From Mustelus asterias (taxonomy: Eukaryota): a DNA stretch of 64,000 nt. The notes under the pieces are model-generated. The model did no database searches, was not told the DNA's origin, and saw only the letters and a program-made list of their open reading frames with translations. The position numbers were made by a program, and so were the translations under genes. The stretch is taken from assembly GCF_964213995.1 (NCBI RefSeq), contig NW_027590511.1, forward strand, positions 1-64,000. The letters run 5' to 3'. Below, in pieces: positions 1-11,483 of the stretch (position 1 is the stretch's first letter; each line of letters starts with the position of its first letter).

Positions 1-192
1 TTTCGGGGCTGGAGGGGATTGTTCTGGTTGACTGGCCGGGGCCTGGGGAACCTGTTCTTTGTCCAGGATGTATAATGCAGCCTCTGTGACCAGGCCTCAA
101 TCCCAGGCCTAACCTCAGGAAGGCTTTTGCATTTTGCTCCTTTTCCAAACAGTGCCTGTGTTTAAATCGATGGGACTCGACGGTCGAATAAA
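1..192 (+). other. Putative terminal exon/3'UTR copy A of an unidentified gene entering from the left edge
   Basis: Paralogous to 2172-2379 (shared GATTGTTCTG, ATAATGCAGCCTCTGTGAC, AGGCC hairpin, CTTTTGCATT); AATAAA at 187-192. Confidence 0.4.
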
Positions 193-212
193 ACCTGCAG
201 CAGACACTTTAA

Positions 213-662
213 TACAAAGAACAGCACAGCACAGGAACAGGTCCTTTGGCCCTCCAAGCCTGCGCCGATCATGTTTCCCTATCGAGACCAATGGCCTGTA
301 ACCCTCTATACCCCGTTTGTTCATGTGTCTATCCAGATAAATCTTAAATGTCACTAATGTATCTGCCTCAACCACCTCACTTGGCAGCGCATTCCAGGCC
401 CCCACCACCCTCTGTGTAAAAACCTTCCCCGCACATCTCCACTCAACCTTTCCCCCTTATCTTGAACTTGTTCCCCTTGTAATTATCATTTCTGTCCTGG
501 GAAAAAGCTCCCAACTGTTCATCCTCGCCACACCCCTCATAATTTTATAAACTTCCAGCTGGTCGTCCCTCAGCCTCCGTCTTTCCAGGGAGAACAATCC
601 CAGTTTATTCAATCACTCCTCACAGCCAATACCCTCCATACCAGGCAACATCCTGGTCAACC
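213..662 (-). mobile_element. CR1/HER1-type LINE 3' fragment
   Basis: Minus ORF 115-408 reads WNALPSEVVEADTLVTFKIYLDRHM, the typical CR1 ORF2 C-terminus, followed by a CR1-like 3' tail. Confidence 0.85.
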
Positions 663-2171
663 CTTTCATTGGATTTGGGATGTGATTGTGGGTTTTCCTG
701 CTATATCTCTTTCTCTTCAATCTTTCTCCCGTGATTGAGAGTTATCAGGGAGGGAGAGAGAGAGAAAGGGATGGTAACAGAGAGAGAGAGAGAGAAAGGG
801 ATGGTAACAGAGAGAGAGAGAGAGAGAGCAAAGGCAGAGGGGCAGGGAGAGGAGAGAGATTGGAGGGGAGTGGGTTAGCGGGTGGGGGAGGGGGAGCCTC
901 CGCTGTGCACTCACAGCCCAGCCAGCTCCCCAGTCTCTGGTTAGGTGCATTAACCCACTCTGGCGCATTAACAGGCGCCAGAGTGTGGCGACTAGGAGAA
1001 TTTCACAGTAACTTCATTGCAGTGTTAATGTAAGCCTTACTTGTGACTAAGAAATAAACTTTACTTTATACTTTACTCTGAGATAAAGACCCTCACTCAC
1101 AGCCTCCCAGAAGGTGGGATTTATAAACAGCGACTGTGTAACTGAGGCTGAATCTGTGCTGTTGTGTTTGAAAATATATTTTCCTCATATTTGATGTGTT
1201 GTAAAGATATTGGAATGTGGCTGCTACCACATTGCAGTGAGAGAGAGATGTAGCTTTGCAGAAGGAGCTTCCCTCCCCATTTCCCCATGGAAATCACTGA
1301 GAAATAGCAAACGTGGCCCACAACGCGTCATTATTTGAAACGGTCAGACAGAAACTTATCAGAGAGAGCATTTTAATCCCCATTCATCCCCAGACGGGGA
1401 AACAGAGCAGAGATCAGGACAGATTATCCAGAGTAGGAGAGACCGGGGCAGAGATGGGGTATTGGATATATATATAGATCTGGGGGGAAAGCAAAAGAGA
1501 CACAGAGGGGGCTGGACAGGTTCAGAGATAGAGGCAGAGAAACGGGCAGAGAGAAAGAAACAGCGAGAGACAGAGGGAATGGGAGAGAGAGGTGTGACTG
1601 TGCTCGGAGTGGAAGGTTCCCTGTTCATATCGAATATACAAACAGCCCCAATCCTGGAGTGACTCATTATTTTTATTTGGGGTGGGGGAGAGATGGAGGG
1701 GGGGGGGAGCGAGGGAGAGAGAGGGAGAAGTGTGGTTCCCTCATTGCCCACTCACTTTAGCCCAATCCTCACTTAAAATATCACTTTGTATCTGGCCCTG
1801 CTCAGACTGTGTGTGGGATCTTGCTGTGCCCTCCTCCCCACCCCATATTCCCTGCACTGTGACAGCGCCCCACACTTTAAACATGAAAAGATGGAGAGGA
1901 AGGAGGGTGGGGTAGAGAGAGAGGAACAGAGAATGGGTGGGGAGTGTCGGGGGCTCAGTGGAGGGGGGTAGGGGGATAGAGACAGAGGCTCTGGGGGTGG
2001 GTGGGTGTCCTCCTGCAGTGTGGGACTCCCTGTGGGATCCTGATTGCAGCATTCCCAGTCTCTCTCTCTCTCACTGTGAAGCACTCGGGAGGGAGAGGGA
2101 GCTGAAATTCAAATTCCTGAGCCTGGGGGAAAGGCTTGTTCTCAGTCCCACAGTCCTGCTTGTGTTTTCAG

Positions 2172-2379
2172 ACAGGGCGCTGGGATTTGTGGGTGTGGAT
2201 GGAGAAGATTGTTCTGTTTAACTGGGGGGTGGGAGAGAGGGGGGTTTGTTCTTTCTACCTGAGGAATAATGCAGCCTCTGTGACTAGGCCGCACTTCACG
2301 GCCTAAATCTCAGCAGCACTTTTGCATTCGCTTAATTCCCCAACAGGGTTTAAGTGGCTGAATTCAATGGTTCAATAAA
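2172..2379 (+). other. Putative terminal exon copy B
   Basis: Acceptor tgtgttttcag at 2161-2171 (alternative ACAG at 2172-2175); AATAAA at 2374-2379; paralogous to copy A. Confidence 0.4.
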
Positions 2380-2970
2380 ATGTGAAGCAGCCGCTTCAGG
2401 GTGGGATTGTGGATTTTCCTGCCCCCGCCTCCCTCTCATTTCCCTTTTGATTGTGAGTTTTATTTTAAACGGTCAGACAGAAACTTAGAGAGAGCATTTC
2501 AATCCAGATTCACCTCGAGGTAGAGAAACAGAGCAGAGATCAGGACAGGTTATCCAGAGACGGGGTATTGGACAGATATAGATCTGGGGGAAGTGTGTAG
2601 GAGACGGAGAGGGAGAAACAGAGTGAGGGGAGAGAGGTGACTGATAGAAGTGGGAACTTCATTGGGGCCTCCTGTGTTTATTCACTGGCCTGTCTCTGGA
2701 GTAAAGCCCCCAGAATGCTTTGACGTGTTTAATAAATTCAATATCGGGACAGTCAGGAGGCAGTTGGAAGTTCATTGCATTTGAAACGTGTTCCCATTTT
2801 GTCAGGGTTTAATAATGAGGAGGTGAAAATGAATGTTTCCCCCACCCCCCCCAGTGAGATTGTGAATTTCAGCAAGTCCTGGGATCTTGCTGTGCCTTTT
2901 ATTGTTTTTAATCAGCTTTTGTTTTGTGTTTAATCAAATTTCACTTTATTTTCTCTTTCTCTCTTCCAAG

Positions 2971-3070
2971 GAGAATTCCTTTGGAAACTTTGGCGATGCA
3001 GAGAGCGAATAGTTTTGCCATGAGGAATCCTCGGACAAGAGCTATAACCAGAGAGAAAAATATTAATAAA
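2971..3070 (+). other. Putative terminal exon copy C
   Basis: Long polypyrimidine acceptor ttttctctttctctcttccaag; phase-1 reading EFLWKLWRCRERIVLP* aligns with copy B RWDLWVWMEKIVLF; AATAAA at 3065-3070. Confidence 0.4.
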
Positions 3071-5811
3071 AGTCCCCGTGTCTTTGTCGTTCATTTTTAT
3101 ACACAGATAGACTGGTGGGGCTTTTACACTGAGGGTTAGTGGTCTGTGTGTCAGGGGGAGGGGGTATTCCCAGTGATCCCTGCTCCAATGTAATCCCACA
3201 GATTTCAATCCCTCTCCCTGAAGCTCTGTCTGTGCAACTCCCCCATCCTCAGAACTGTTTCTCCACATCTTTCCAATCCCTGTCTCTCCTCATCCTTTAT
3301 ACCTCAGCCTCTCACAATGGCAGCATCTTTCCCTTTTTCTCTCCTTCTCTCTGTCTTTCACTCTCTCTGAAACGTTGTCACTCTGTCTTGCCAAAGCCCC
3401 ACTTTCTACTTATCTCCACATCTCACTTTGTATCTCAGCCTCTCTGGACATCTCCCTCTCTCTCTCTGTGGATCATTTTATCTCAATCACAGCAGCCTCC
3501 TCTCCGTCTCTCTCTCTATCTCTGCTCCCCCCTCTGTCTATCTCTGCTCCCTCTCTGTGACTCATTCTGTCTGAAGTACAGCAGCATTCTCTCTCACTCC
3601 CCATCTCTATATCTGTTCACAATAACTTCATTGCAGTGTTAATGTAAGCCTACTTGTGATTAACAAATAAAATTTTAACTTTAACTCTACTTTTGTCTCT
3701 TATCTCTCTCTCTATCGCTTCCCTCTATCTGCTTCCCCCTCTCTCTGATCTCTGCTTCCCCCTCTGTGAATCAGTCTGAATTACAGTCGCATCCTCCCCA
3801 TCTCCCTGATCTCTGCTTCCCCCTCTCTGTGAATCATTCTGTCTGAATTACAGCAGCATTCTCTCTATCTCCATCTCTATATCTCTGCTTCTCTGTCTCT
3901 TATATCTCTCTCTCTGCTCTCTCGTGGGGGACGGGCCAGATCACGGGTTTGCTGTTCACAAGCAGCAAAGGCCCAGGAACGCAGAGGGAGGGAATCAGGG
4001 GCAATTCAGAGGGATCCAGCACTGCTGAAAGGGGGGAGTGTGTAATACAGGGGTTTGTTCAGAGCCGGGGCTATTAGACAGAGAGGGAAGGGGCCGGTGG
4101 GGGAGGCTGTTGTACAAGAGCGGGAAAAATTATAACACAGGCTGACCAGAGTCAGGGGTTATCAGAGAAAGGGGGCAATGGAGGAGGGGAGGGGGAATCA
4201 GACAGGGGGTCTGTTGTACAGGATGGGGGTGGGGGATGTTATAACACAGGCTGCTCAGTGTCAAGGGAATTAGTCATTTGAACGTTAATGTTTAAAATGG
4301 GCAGAGTTTCCACATCCAACTCCACCAGGAGCTGTTTACAGGGGGGTGGTGGACGGGGATGGACGCGCGGAGGGGGGGGGGTACTAATTAGAAAGGGGGG
4401 GATCTGTCAGTCCAGAGGCTGTTCACAGGGAGGGAGTGGGAATTTGCCAGGTTGAGAGGGGCGGGGGGGGGAAAGAGGGGAACTTAGAGGGATACGGGGC
4501 TCAGAGGGAAGGATCGGGAGATTTAGAGGGATTGTGAGGAGGGACGACAGATTTGGCTGGAGTGGGGGGGGGATTGAGGGGGATTAAAGGGGGAGAGTGG
4601 AGAGGGATGTAGGGGGAGACTCAGGGATTGTGGTCGGGAATTAGAGGGATTCAGGGGGATTTAAGGGTCTCATGGGGACTTTGGGATTTAGCGGGGCTGA
4701 GAGGGAGGGAATCGGGGGGAATTCGGGAAGAGGGGGCTCAGAGGGGGATTTCTGGGGTTCTGAGGGATACAGGAGGGATTGGGGGGTTTACGGGGATTAA
4801 AAGACATGGTTTGGTGCTCAGACAGATAGAAGGGGTGGGATTGGAGAGGGAGCAGGATTCGGGGGCAGAGGAATGTGGCGAGGGTGGGTGCGATCTCGGG
4901 AGACATTCAGGGGGGATTCCAGAGGAATCTCAGGGGCTTAGAATCTGGGGAGGGTCTGGATGGGGTAGGGAGTCAGAGGGAGTTAGCAGGGGGGCGAGTC
5001 GGGGTGGAGGGAAAGGGATTGAGGGCGGGGTGGATTTATAGGGATTTGGGAGGGGGGAAATTCAGAGAGGGATTTAGGGTGGGGCCTTGCATCAGGGTTA
5101 GAATTGGGGGGGTGTCGAGCGATTCGGAGTGGGGGGGTGACTCAGAGGGATTCAGGGGTGGGGAGGACTGAGGAAGGATTGGGTGGCTTGATTTTGGCAG
5201 GGGGGGGGCAAAGGGAGCCTTTGGGGGGGGGCTGAGGATTTGGGGCAGGAACTTGGAGGATTCAGGGGGCTGAGAGTCAGATTGGCAGTGGGTGTCAGAG
5301 AGATTGAGCGGGGGGAGGGGGTGCTTACAGAGTCGGATTAAAGGAGATCGGGCAGAGGGACAGGGAATCAGGTGGGGGAAAGAGGAGTTTTGGGGGGGAA
5401 TTAGTGGAGATTGAGGGCAGCGGGTTGAGAAGGATTGGGAGTGGCTCAGAGGGCTTTGGCGGTGAGTTCCTGAGAGAGAGTGAGTGGGGGGGGTGATTAG
5501 AGTGGGATTGGAGAAGATTGGGCAGAGAGGATCGGGGGGAGGGGCCGAGAGAGATTGGGCAGCAGGGAGGGTTAGAGGCGTTGAAGTGGAGGGATTTAGA
5601 GTGCGTTTCTGGAGTGGGGAATTAAGGAGGGGTTTGGGGGGGGGAGGGGAATTTGGGGGTGAGAGACTGAGGGTGGCGGGTTTAAAAGGATTGGGAGTGG
5701 GTTCAGGGGGGATTGAGCTGAGAGAGGAATCTATAGGGCATTGGCAGGAAGGGGAGGGGGGGAGATTCAGCAGCGGTTTTTGTGTCTGGTGGGAACAGCT
5801 GGAGACGGGAA

Positions 5812-7795
5812 GCGGGGGGGGCGCAAGTCGGGGGGGGCGCAATTCGGGGGGGGGCGCAATTCGGGGGGGGGGGGGCAATTCAGGGGGGGGGGCGCAATTC
5901 GGGGGGGGGCACTTCGGGGGGGGCAATTCGGGGGGGGGCAATTCGGGGGAGGCAATTCGGGGGGGGGCAATTCGTGGGGGGGGGCAATTCGGGGGGGGGC
6001 AATTCGGGGGGGGGGCAATTCGGGGGGGGGGGCAATTCGGGGGGGGCAATTCGGGGGGGGGGCAATTCGGGGGGGGGGGCAATTCGGGGGGGGGGCCATT
6101 CGGGGGGGGGCCATTCGGGGGGGGGGGCCATTCGGGGGGGGGGGCATTCGGGGGGGGGCATTCGGGGGGGGGGCCATTGGGGGGGGGGCCATTCGGGGGG
6201 GGGGCAATTCGGGGGGGGGGCGCAATTCGGGGGGGGGGCGCAATTCAGGGGGGGGGGGCGCAATTCGGGGGGGGCGCAATTCGGGGGGGGGCGCAATTCG
6301 GGGGGGGGGCGCAATTCGGGGGGGGGGCGCAATTCGGGGGGGGCACTTCGGGGGGGGGCAATTCGGGGGGGGCAATTCGGGGGGGGCAATTCGGGGGGGG
6401 GCAATTCGGGGGGGGGCAATTCGGGGGGGGGCAATTCGGGGGGGGGCAATTCGGGGGGGGGGCAATTCGGGGGGGGGGCAATTCGGGGGGGGGGCAATTC
6501 GGGGGGGGGGCAATTCGGGGGGGGGCAATTCGGGGGGGGGGCCATTCGGGGGGGGGCCATTCGGGGGGGGGCCATTCGGGGGGGGCCATTCGGGGGGGGG
6601 GCAATTCGGGGGGGGGGGGCAATTCGGGGGGGGGGGGCAATTCGGGGGGGGGGCAATGCCCGGGGGGGGCAATGCCCGGGGGGGGGGGGGCAATGCCCGG
6701 GGGGGGGGAAAGCCCGGGGGGGCAATGCCCGGGGGGGGCAATGCCCGGGGGGGGGCAATGCCCGGGGGGGGGCAATGCCCGGGGGGGGGCAATGCCCGGG
6801 GGGGGGCAATGCCCGGGGGGGGGGAAAGCCCGGGGGGGCAATGCCCGGGGGGGGAAATGCCCGGGGGGGGGCAATGCCCGGGGGGGGGCAATGCCCGGGG
6901 GGGGCAATGCCCGGGGGGGGCAATGCACGGGGGGGGGCGATGCCCGGGGGGGGCGATGCCCGGGGGGGGGCAATGCCCGGGGGGGGGCAATGCCCGGGGG
7001 GGGCAATGCCCGGGGGGGGGCAATGCCCGGGGGGGGGCAATGCCCGGGGGGGGGCAATGCCCGGGGGGGGGCAATGCCGGGGGGGGGGGCAATGCCGGGG
7101 GGGGGGCAATGCCGGGGGGGGGGCAATGCCGGGGGGGGGGGCAATGCCGGGGGGGGGGGCAATGCCGGGGGGGGGGCAATGCCGGGGGGGGGGCAATGCC
7201 GGGGGGGGGGCAATGCCGGGGGGGGGGGCAATGCCGGGGGGGGGGCAATGCCGGGGGGGGGGCAATGCCGGGGGGGGGGCAATGCCGGGGGGGGGGCAAT
7301 GCCGGGGGGGGGGCAATGCCGGGGGGGGGGGCAATGCCGGGGGGGGGGCAATGCCGGGGGGGGGGCAATGCCGGGGGGGGGGGCAATGCCGGGGGGGGGG
7401 GGCAATGCCGGGGGGGGCAATGCCGGGGGGGGCAATGCCGGGGGGGGCAATGCCGGGGGGGGCAATGCCGGGGGGGGCAATGCCGGGGGGGACAAAGCCC
7501 AGGGGGGGGACAAAGCCCAGGGGGGGGGACAAAGCCCAGGGGGGGGGAGGGACAAAGCCCAGGGGGGGGGAGGGACAAAGCCCAGGGGGGGGGAGGGACA
7601 AAGCCCAGGGGGGGGGAGGGACAAAGCCCAGGGGGGGGGGAGGGACAAAGCCCAGGGGGGGGGAGGGACAAAGCCCAGGGGGGGGGGGGGGGGGGAGAGG
7701 GACAAAGCCCAGGGGGGGGGGGGAGGGACAAAGCCCAGGGGGGGGGGGGGGGGGACAAAGCCCAGGGGGGGGGGGACAAAGCCCAGGGGGGGGAA
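5812..7795. repeat. G-run tandem array, (G7-11 CAATTC)n grading into CAATGCCC, CAATGCC and ACAAAGCCCA units
   Basis: Seen directly; unit cores are fixed while G-run length varies; abuts an N gap. Confidence 0.95.
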
Positions 7796-8147
7796 NNNNN
7801 NNNNNNNNNNNNNNNNNNNNNNNNNNNNNNNNNNNNNNNNNNNNNNNNNNNNNNNNNNNNNNNNNNNNNNNNNNNNNNNNNNNNNNNNNNNNNNNNNNNN
7901 NNNNNNNNNNNNNNNNNNNNNNNNNNNNNNNNNNNNNNNNNNNNNNNNNNNNNNNNNNNNNNNNNNNNNNNNNNNNNNNNNNNNNNNNNNNNNNNNNNNN
8001 NNNNNNNNNNNNNNNNNNNNNNNNNNNNNNNNNNNNNNNNNNNNNNNNNNNNNNNNNNNNNNNNNNNNNNNNNNNNNNNNNNNNNNNNNNNNNNNNNNNN
8101 NNNNNNNNNNNNNNNNNNNNNNNNNNNNNNNNNNNNNNNNNNNNNNN

Positions 8148-8500
8148 GAAAGATTGAGAAAGACAGAGCGAAAGATTGAGAGAGAGATTGAGAGAAAGAT
8201 TGAGAGACAGAAAGATTGAGANNNNNNNNNNNNNNNNNNNNNNNNNNNNNNNNNNNNNNNNNNNNNNNNNNNNNNNNNNNNNNNNNNNNNNNNNNNNNNN
8301 NNNNNNNNNNNNNNNNNNNNNNNNNNNNNNNNNNNNNNNNNNNNNNNNNNNGATTGAGACATAGAAAGATTGAGAGATAGAAAGATTGAGAGATAGAAAG
8401 ATTGAGAGATAGAAAGATTGAGAGATAGAAAGACAGAGATTGAGAGAGAGATTGAGAGAGAGAAAGGTTGAAAGAGAGAAAGATGGAGAGGGAGATTGAG
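8148..8500. repeat. (GAAAGATTGAGAGATA)n purine-rich minisatellite
   Basis: Seen directly on both sides of the N gap at 8222-8351. Confidence 0.85.
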
Positions 8501-8577
8501 AGGAGGCTGCAAACAGAGAGAAAAGCAGGGCTGAGGCGGGAAAGGTGCGGACAGAAAGTGAAGAGGTTCATACTCAC

Positions 8578-8633
8578 CATCGCACATGTTTTCCCTCGGT
8601 GATCTCTCCAACTCCTTCCATCCCCTCTCCCAT
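8578..8633 (-). CDS. First coding exon of an unidentified gene, MGEGMEGVGEITEGKHVR (exon 8578-8668)
   Basis: Acceptor ccctttcccag; perfect Kozak ccaccATGG at 8633; GTGAGT donor at 8577; non-coding micro-exon and TATA box upstream. Confidence 0.45.
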
Positions 8634-8748
8634 GGTGGGGAGAGAGATCCTTGGCCAGGGGCTTTGTGCTGGGAAAGGGGGGGTTACAATATCAGAGCTG
8701 GAACTCCATGCAAGCACACACTGACTCACTCACAAAGACACAGCTTAC

Positions 8749-8837
8749 CTGATACTTACCAACCCACGTGTAGAGAGAGACTGGACAATGCATCGCCAGC
8801 CTTTTTATAACCTCACTGAGTCCCACACCTCCCCAAT
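8749..8837 (-). promoter_or_regulatory. TATA promoter plus non-coding first micro-exon with two tandem GTAAG donors
   Basis: TATAAAAA at 8809-8802; CCAAT at 8833-8837; Inr-like CCAGTCT about 30 nt downstream of the TATA; donors at 8759 and 8748. Confidence 0.5.
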
Positions 8838-10739
8838 CAATCCTTATCCAACCACAGCTCCTCCACCTCACCTGAACACACCTCCTCCTACCTGGCCCAG
8901 TCCAACACCAACCTGTCTCTGACTGTGTGGGGGGGGTGTTTGTGTGTGGGGGTTAGTGAGCACCAGGCAAATGGTTTATCCCAAGGCTCTCCCTCCCCCC
9001 CACTCCCAGCTTCACATCACCAGCACTGGGAGCTGAGAGAAGATGGGTTTCAATTAACTCGCAGCCCTGCACTGCCAGAGAGAGAGAGAGGCCAGGTCTG
9101 AATGTGGATTGTACAACTTGTTCATCCAGGACTCCATCTGCTACAGGTTTGCACCCTTTGCTGATTCTTGCAAAATTCACTTTTCCTTAAGTTGCCTGAA
9201 CTGAAACAATATCTTGCAAAGTTCTTTGTTGCTGCGTTTACAAATCCCAGTTCTGATTTACAATCTGCCTGTTGTCTGTCCGGGTGTGTGAATGTGTGTG
9301 TGTGCCCTGTGCTTAGTGGTTAATAATTCACCAGAGATCAGAGCTGCAAAATAAAGCGTTTCAACTTTTTTTAACAGAAGCACTGTCTGGGGGAGGGGAG
9401 GGAGAGAATGAGAGTGAAGTTTCTGTCTGATGAATGCTGTAAATGTGTCTTTAACCAGCAGCTCTGCAGAGAGACAGATGCAGGATTTTAAACTCTCTGG
9501 GAGCTGCAGGCAGGGACTCACACACACACACACTCACACAGATAGACATCAGCTCCTGTTTCACACCAACAACCAGGCTGGAGTCTATGCAGCTAATTTC
9601 CATCCAGAAATGTACTTGATCCATGAAGTCAGTGAGGGTTACATTCCCATGACTTCCCATTCAGTCCAATCCAGCTCAGTTTGTTGGAATGCAGTGTGGG
9701 AGCCTCTGAGGGAGTTTGGCTCGGGGGGCGGGGGGGGGGGGTTCACTTTTCTCTCATTCAATCTCTCCTGTCTTCCACCCTCTCACAGACCTTCCTTTCG
9801 TCCCTGTCCCACCCGCCCCTTTCTCCAAACCTGTTACATTTCTAACTTTCCCCAGTTCACAGGAAAGGTCACAGAGCTGAAATGTTAACTCTGTTTCTCT
9901 CTCTCTCTCTGCACAGATGCTGCCGAACCTGCTGAGTTTAATTCCAGCATTTCCCTGTTTTCTAAGATTTCACAGAATAGTGTTGGTGCAGGAGGAGGCC
10001 ATTTGGCCCATCGTGTCTGCACCAGCTCTCCAATGTGCTGTTAAATCAGAGATTGGTGTAAAACTGGGATCTGTTCCTGACTGAGAGCAAAACGGCAGCT
10101 TTACATTTCCAACCTGAAAATAACTGGCCAATATTTTGTGCAGATTGTTACCAGTTCCTTGCTTGTGGTCTATCCCTAACTGCCCTTGAACTGAGCGGCT
10201 TGCTTGCTGGGCCATTCCAGAGTCAACCACATCGTGTGGACCTGGATTCACATGAAAGACTTACAGGGACTACCAGACCTGCTGAGATTTTCCAGCATCC
10301 TCTGGTCTTATTCTGGAGTCGGATAAATTCCTTCTCTGAAGGGCATCGGTGAACCAAATGGGTTTTAACGGCAATGGTTTCATGGCCATCACCAGGCCTT
10401 TAATGACAGATTTTTATTGAATTGAGATTTCACTATTTGCTGTGGTGTGATTGGAAGCTGGCTGGCTCTGGGCTCCCAGCCCAGTGACAATACCCCCACA
10501 CCATCAGACTGAGAGCATTTGTGTGATAGTCCCCAGTCTACCACTTTCAGGCCGGTCTCAATATGTTTAAAATAAACCGTTTTAAAATAAATCAATTCAA
10601 GTCTAATTAAATACGAGTTGGAGGAATTCACAGGAGCCTGGGGCAGTTTTCTAACACATTACCATCTTTCTATAGATAAGGAATCAAGTATTGTACACAA
10701 TACTCCAGATGTGGTCTCTCCAATGCCTTGCACAATGGA

Positions 10740-11125
10740 AACATACTGGAATTTAGAAGAATGAGAGATCACTGACAAGATGATAAAAGGTACGGATAAA
10801 GTAGACGTGGAGCGGATGCTTCCTCTTGTGGGGCATTCTAGGACGAGAGGTCACAGTCTTAGGATAAGGGGCAGCAAATTTAAAACAGAGTTGAGGAGAA
10901 ACTACTTCTCCCAAAGGGTTGTGAATCTGTGGAATTCGCTACCCCAAAGAGCGGAGGATGCTGGGACAGTGAGTAAATTTAAGGAGGGGTTAGACAGATT
11001 TTTAATTGGTGATGGGTTGAAGGGTTATGGGGAGAAGGCAGGAAAATGGGGATGAGGAGCATATCAGCCATGATCGAATGACGGAACGGACTCGATGGGC
11101 CGAATGGCCTAATTCTGCTCCTATA
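10740..11125 (+). mobile_element. CR1 LINE 3' fragment
   Basis: ORF 10780-11055 reads TRGHSLRI...RRNYFSQRVVNLWNSLP; tail gatgggccgaatggcct. Confidence 0.9.
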
Positions 11126-11483
11126 TGAGGAATTTCTGACCCGTCCTATTTAATAATACATTTTCTCGTAATAAATGGTACCATTTTATGACATTTCTAA
11201 TTAATTGCTGTACCTGTATATTAGCCCCTTTTGATTCATGCCCAAGGACGGCCCAATCCCTCTGTCCCTCAGAATGTTGTGATCTCGCACCATTTAGTTA
11301 TTAAGTGTATTTTATATTCATCAGGCCAAAATGTACATTTTCACATCCGCCCACATAAACACAATTTGGCGAAGCTTTGCCAATTCACTGAACTATTTAT
11401 GTCCCTTCATCGTCCCCTTACATCCTCATCACCATTCATTTTCCAATCTATCGTTGTGTCGTCAGCAAACTTAACATCCATAT

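Noticed and set aside
48-150. MALAT1/ENE-like U-rich motifs (TGTTCTTT...TTTTGCATTTT)
   Set aside because: U-tracts are interrupted, flanking stems are weak, and there is no genomic A-rich tract or tRNA-like element.
5775-5783. Perfect RSS nonamer GGTTTTTGT
   Set aside because: No CAC heptamer at 12- or 23-nt spacing.
5036-8611. Long Gly- or Pro-rich ORFs (up to 937 aa)
   Set aside because: Open in all six frames because the G-run repeat lacks stop codons; several run through N gaps.
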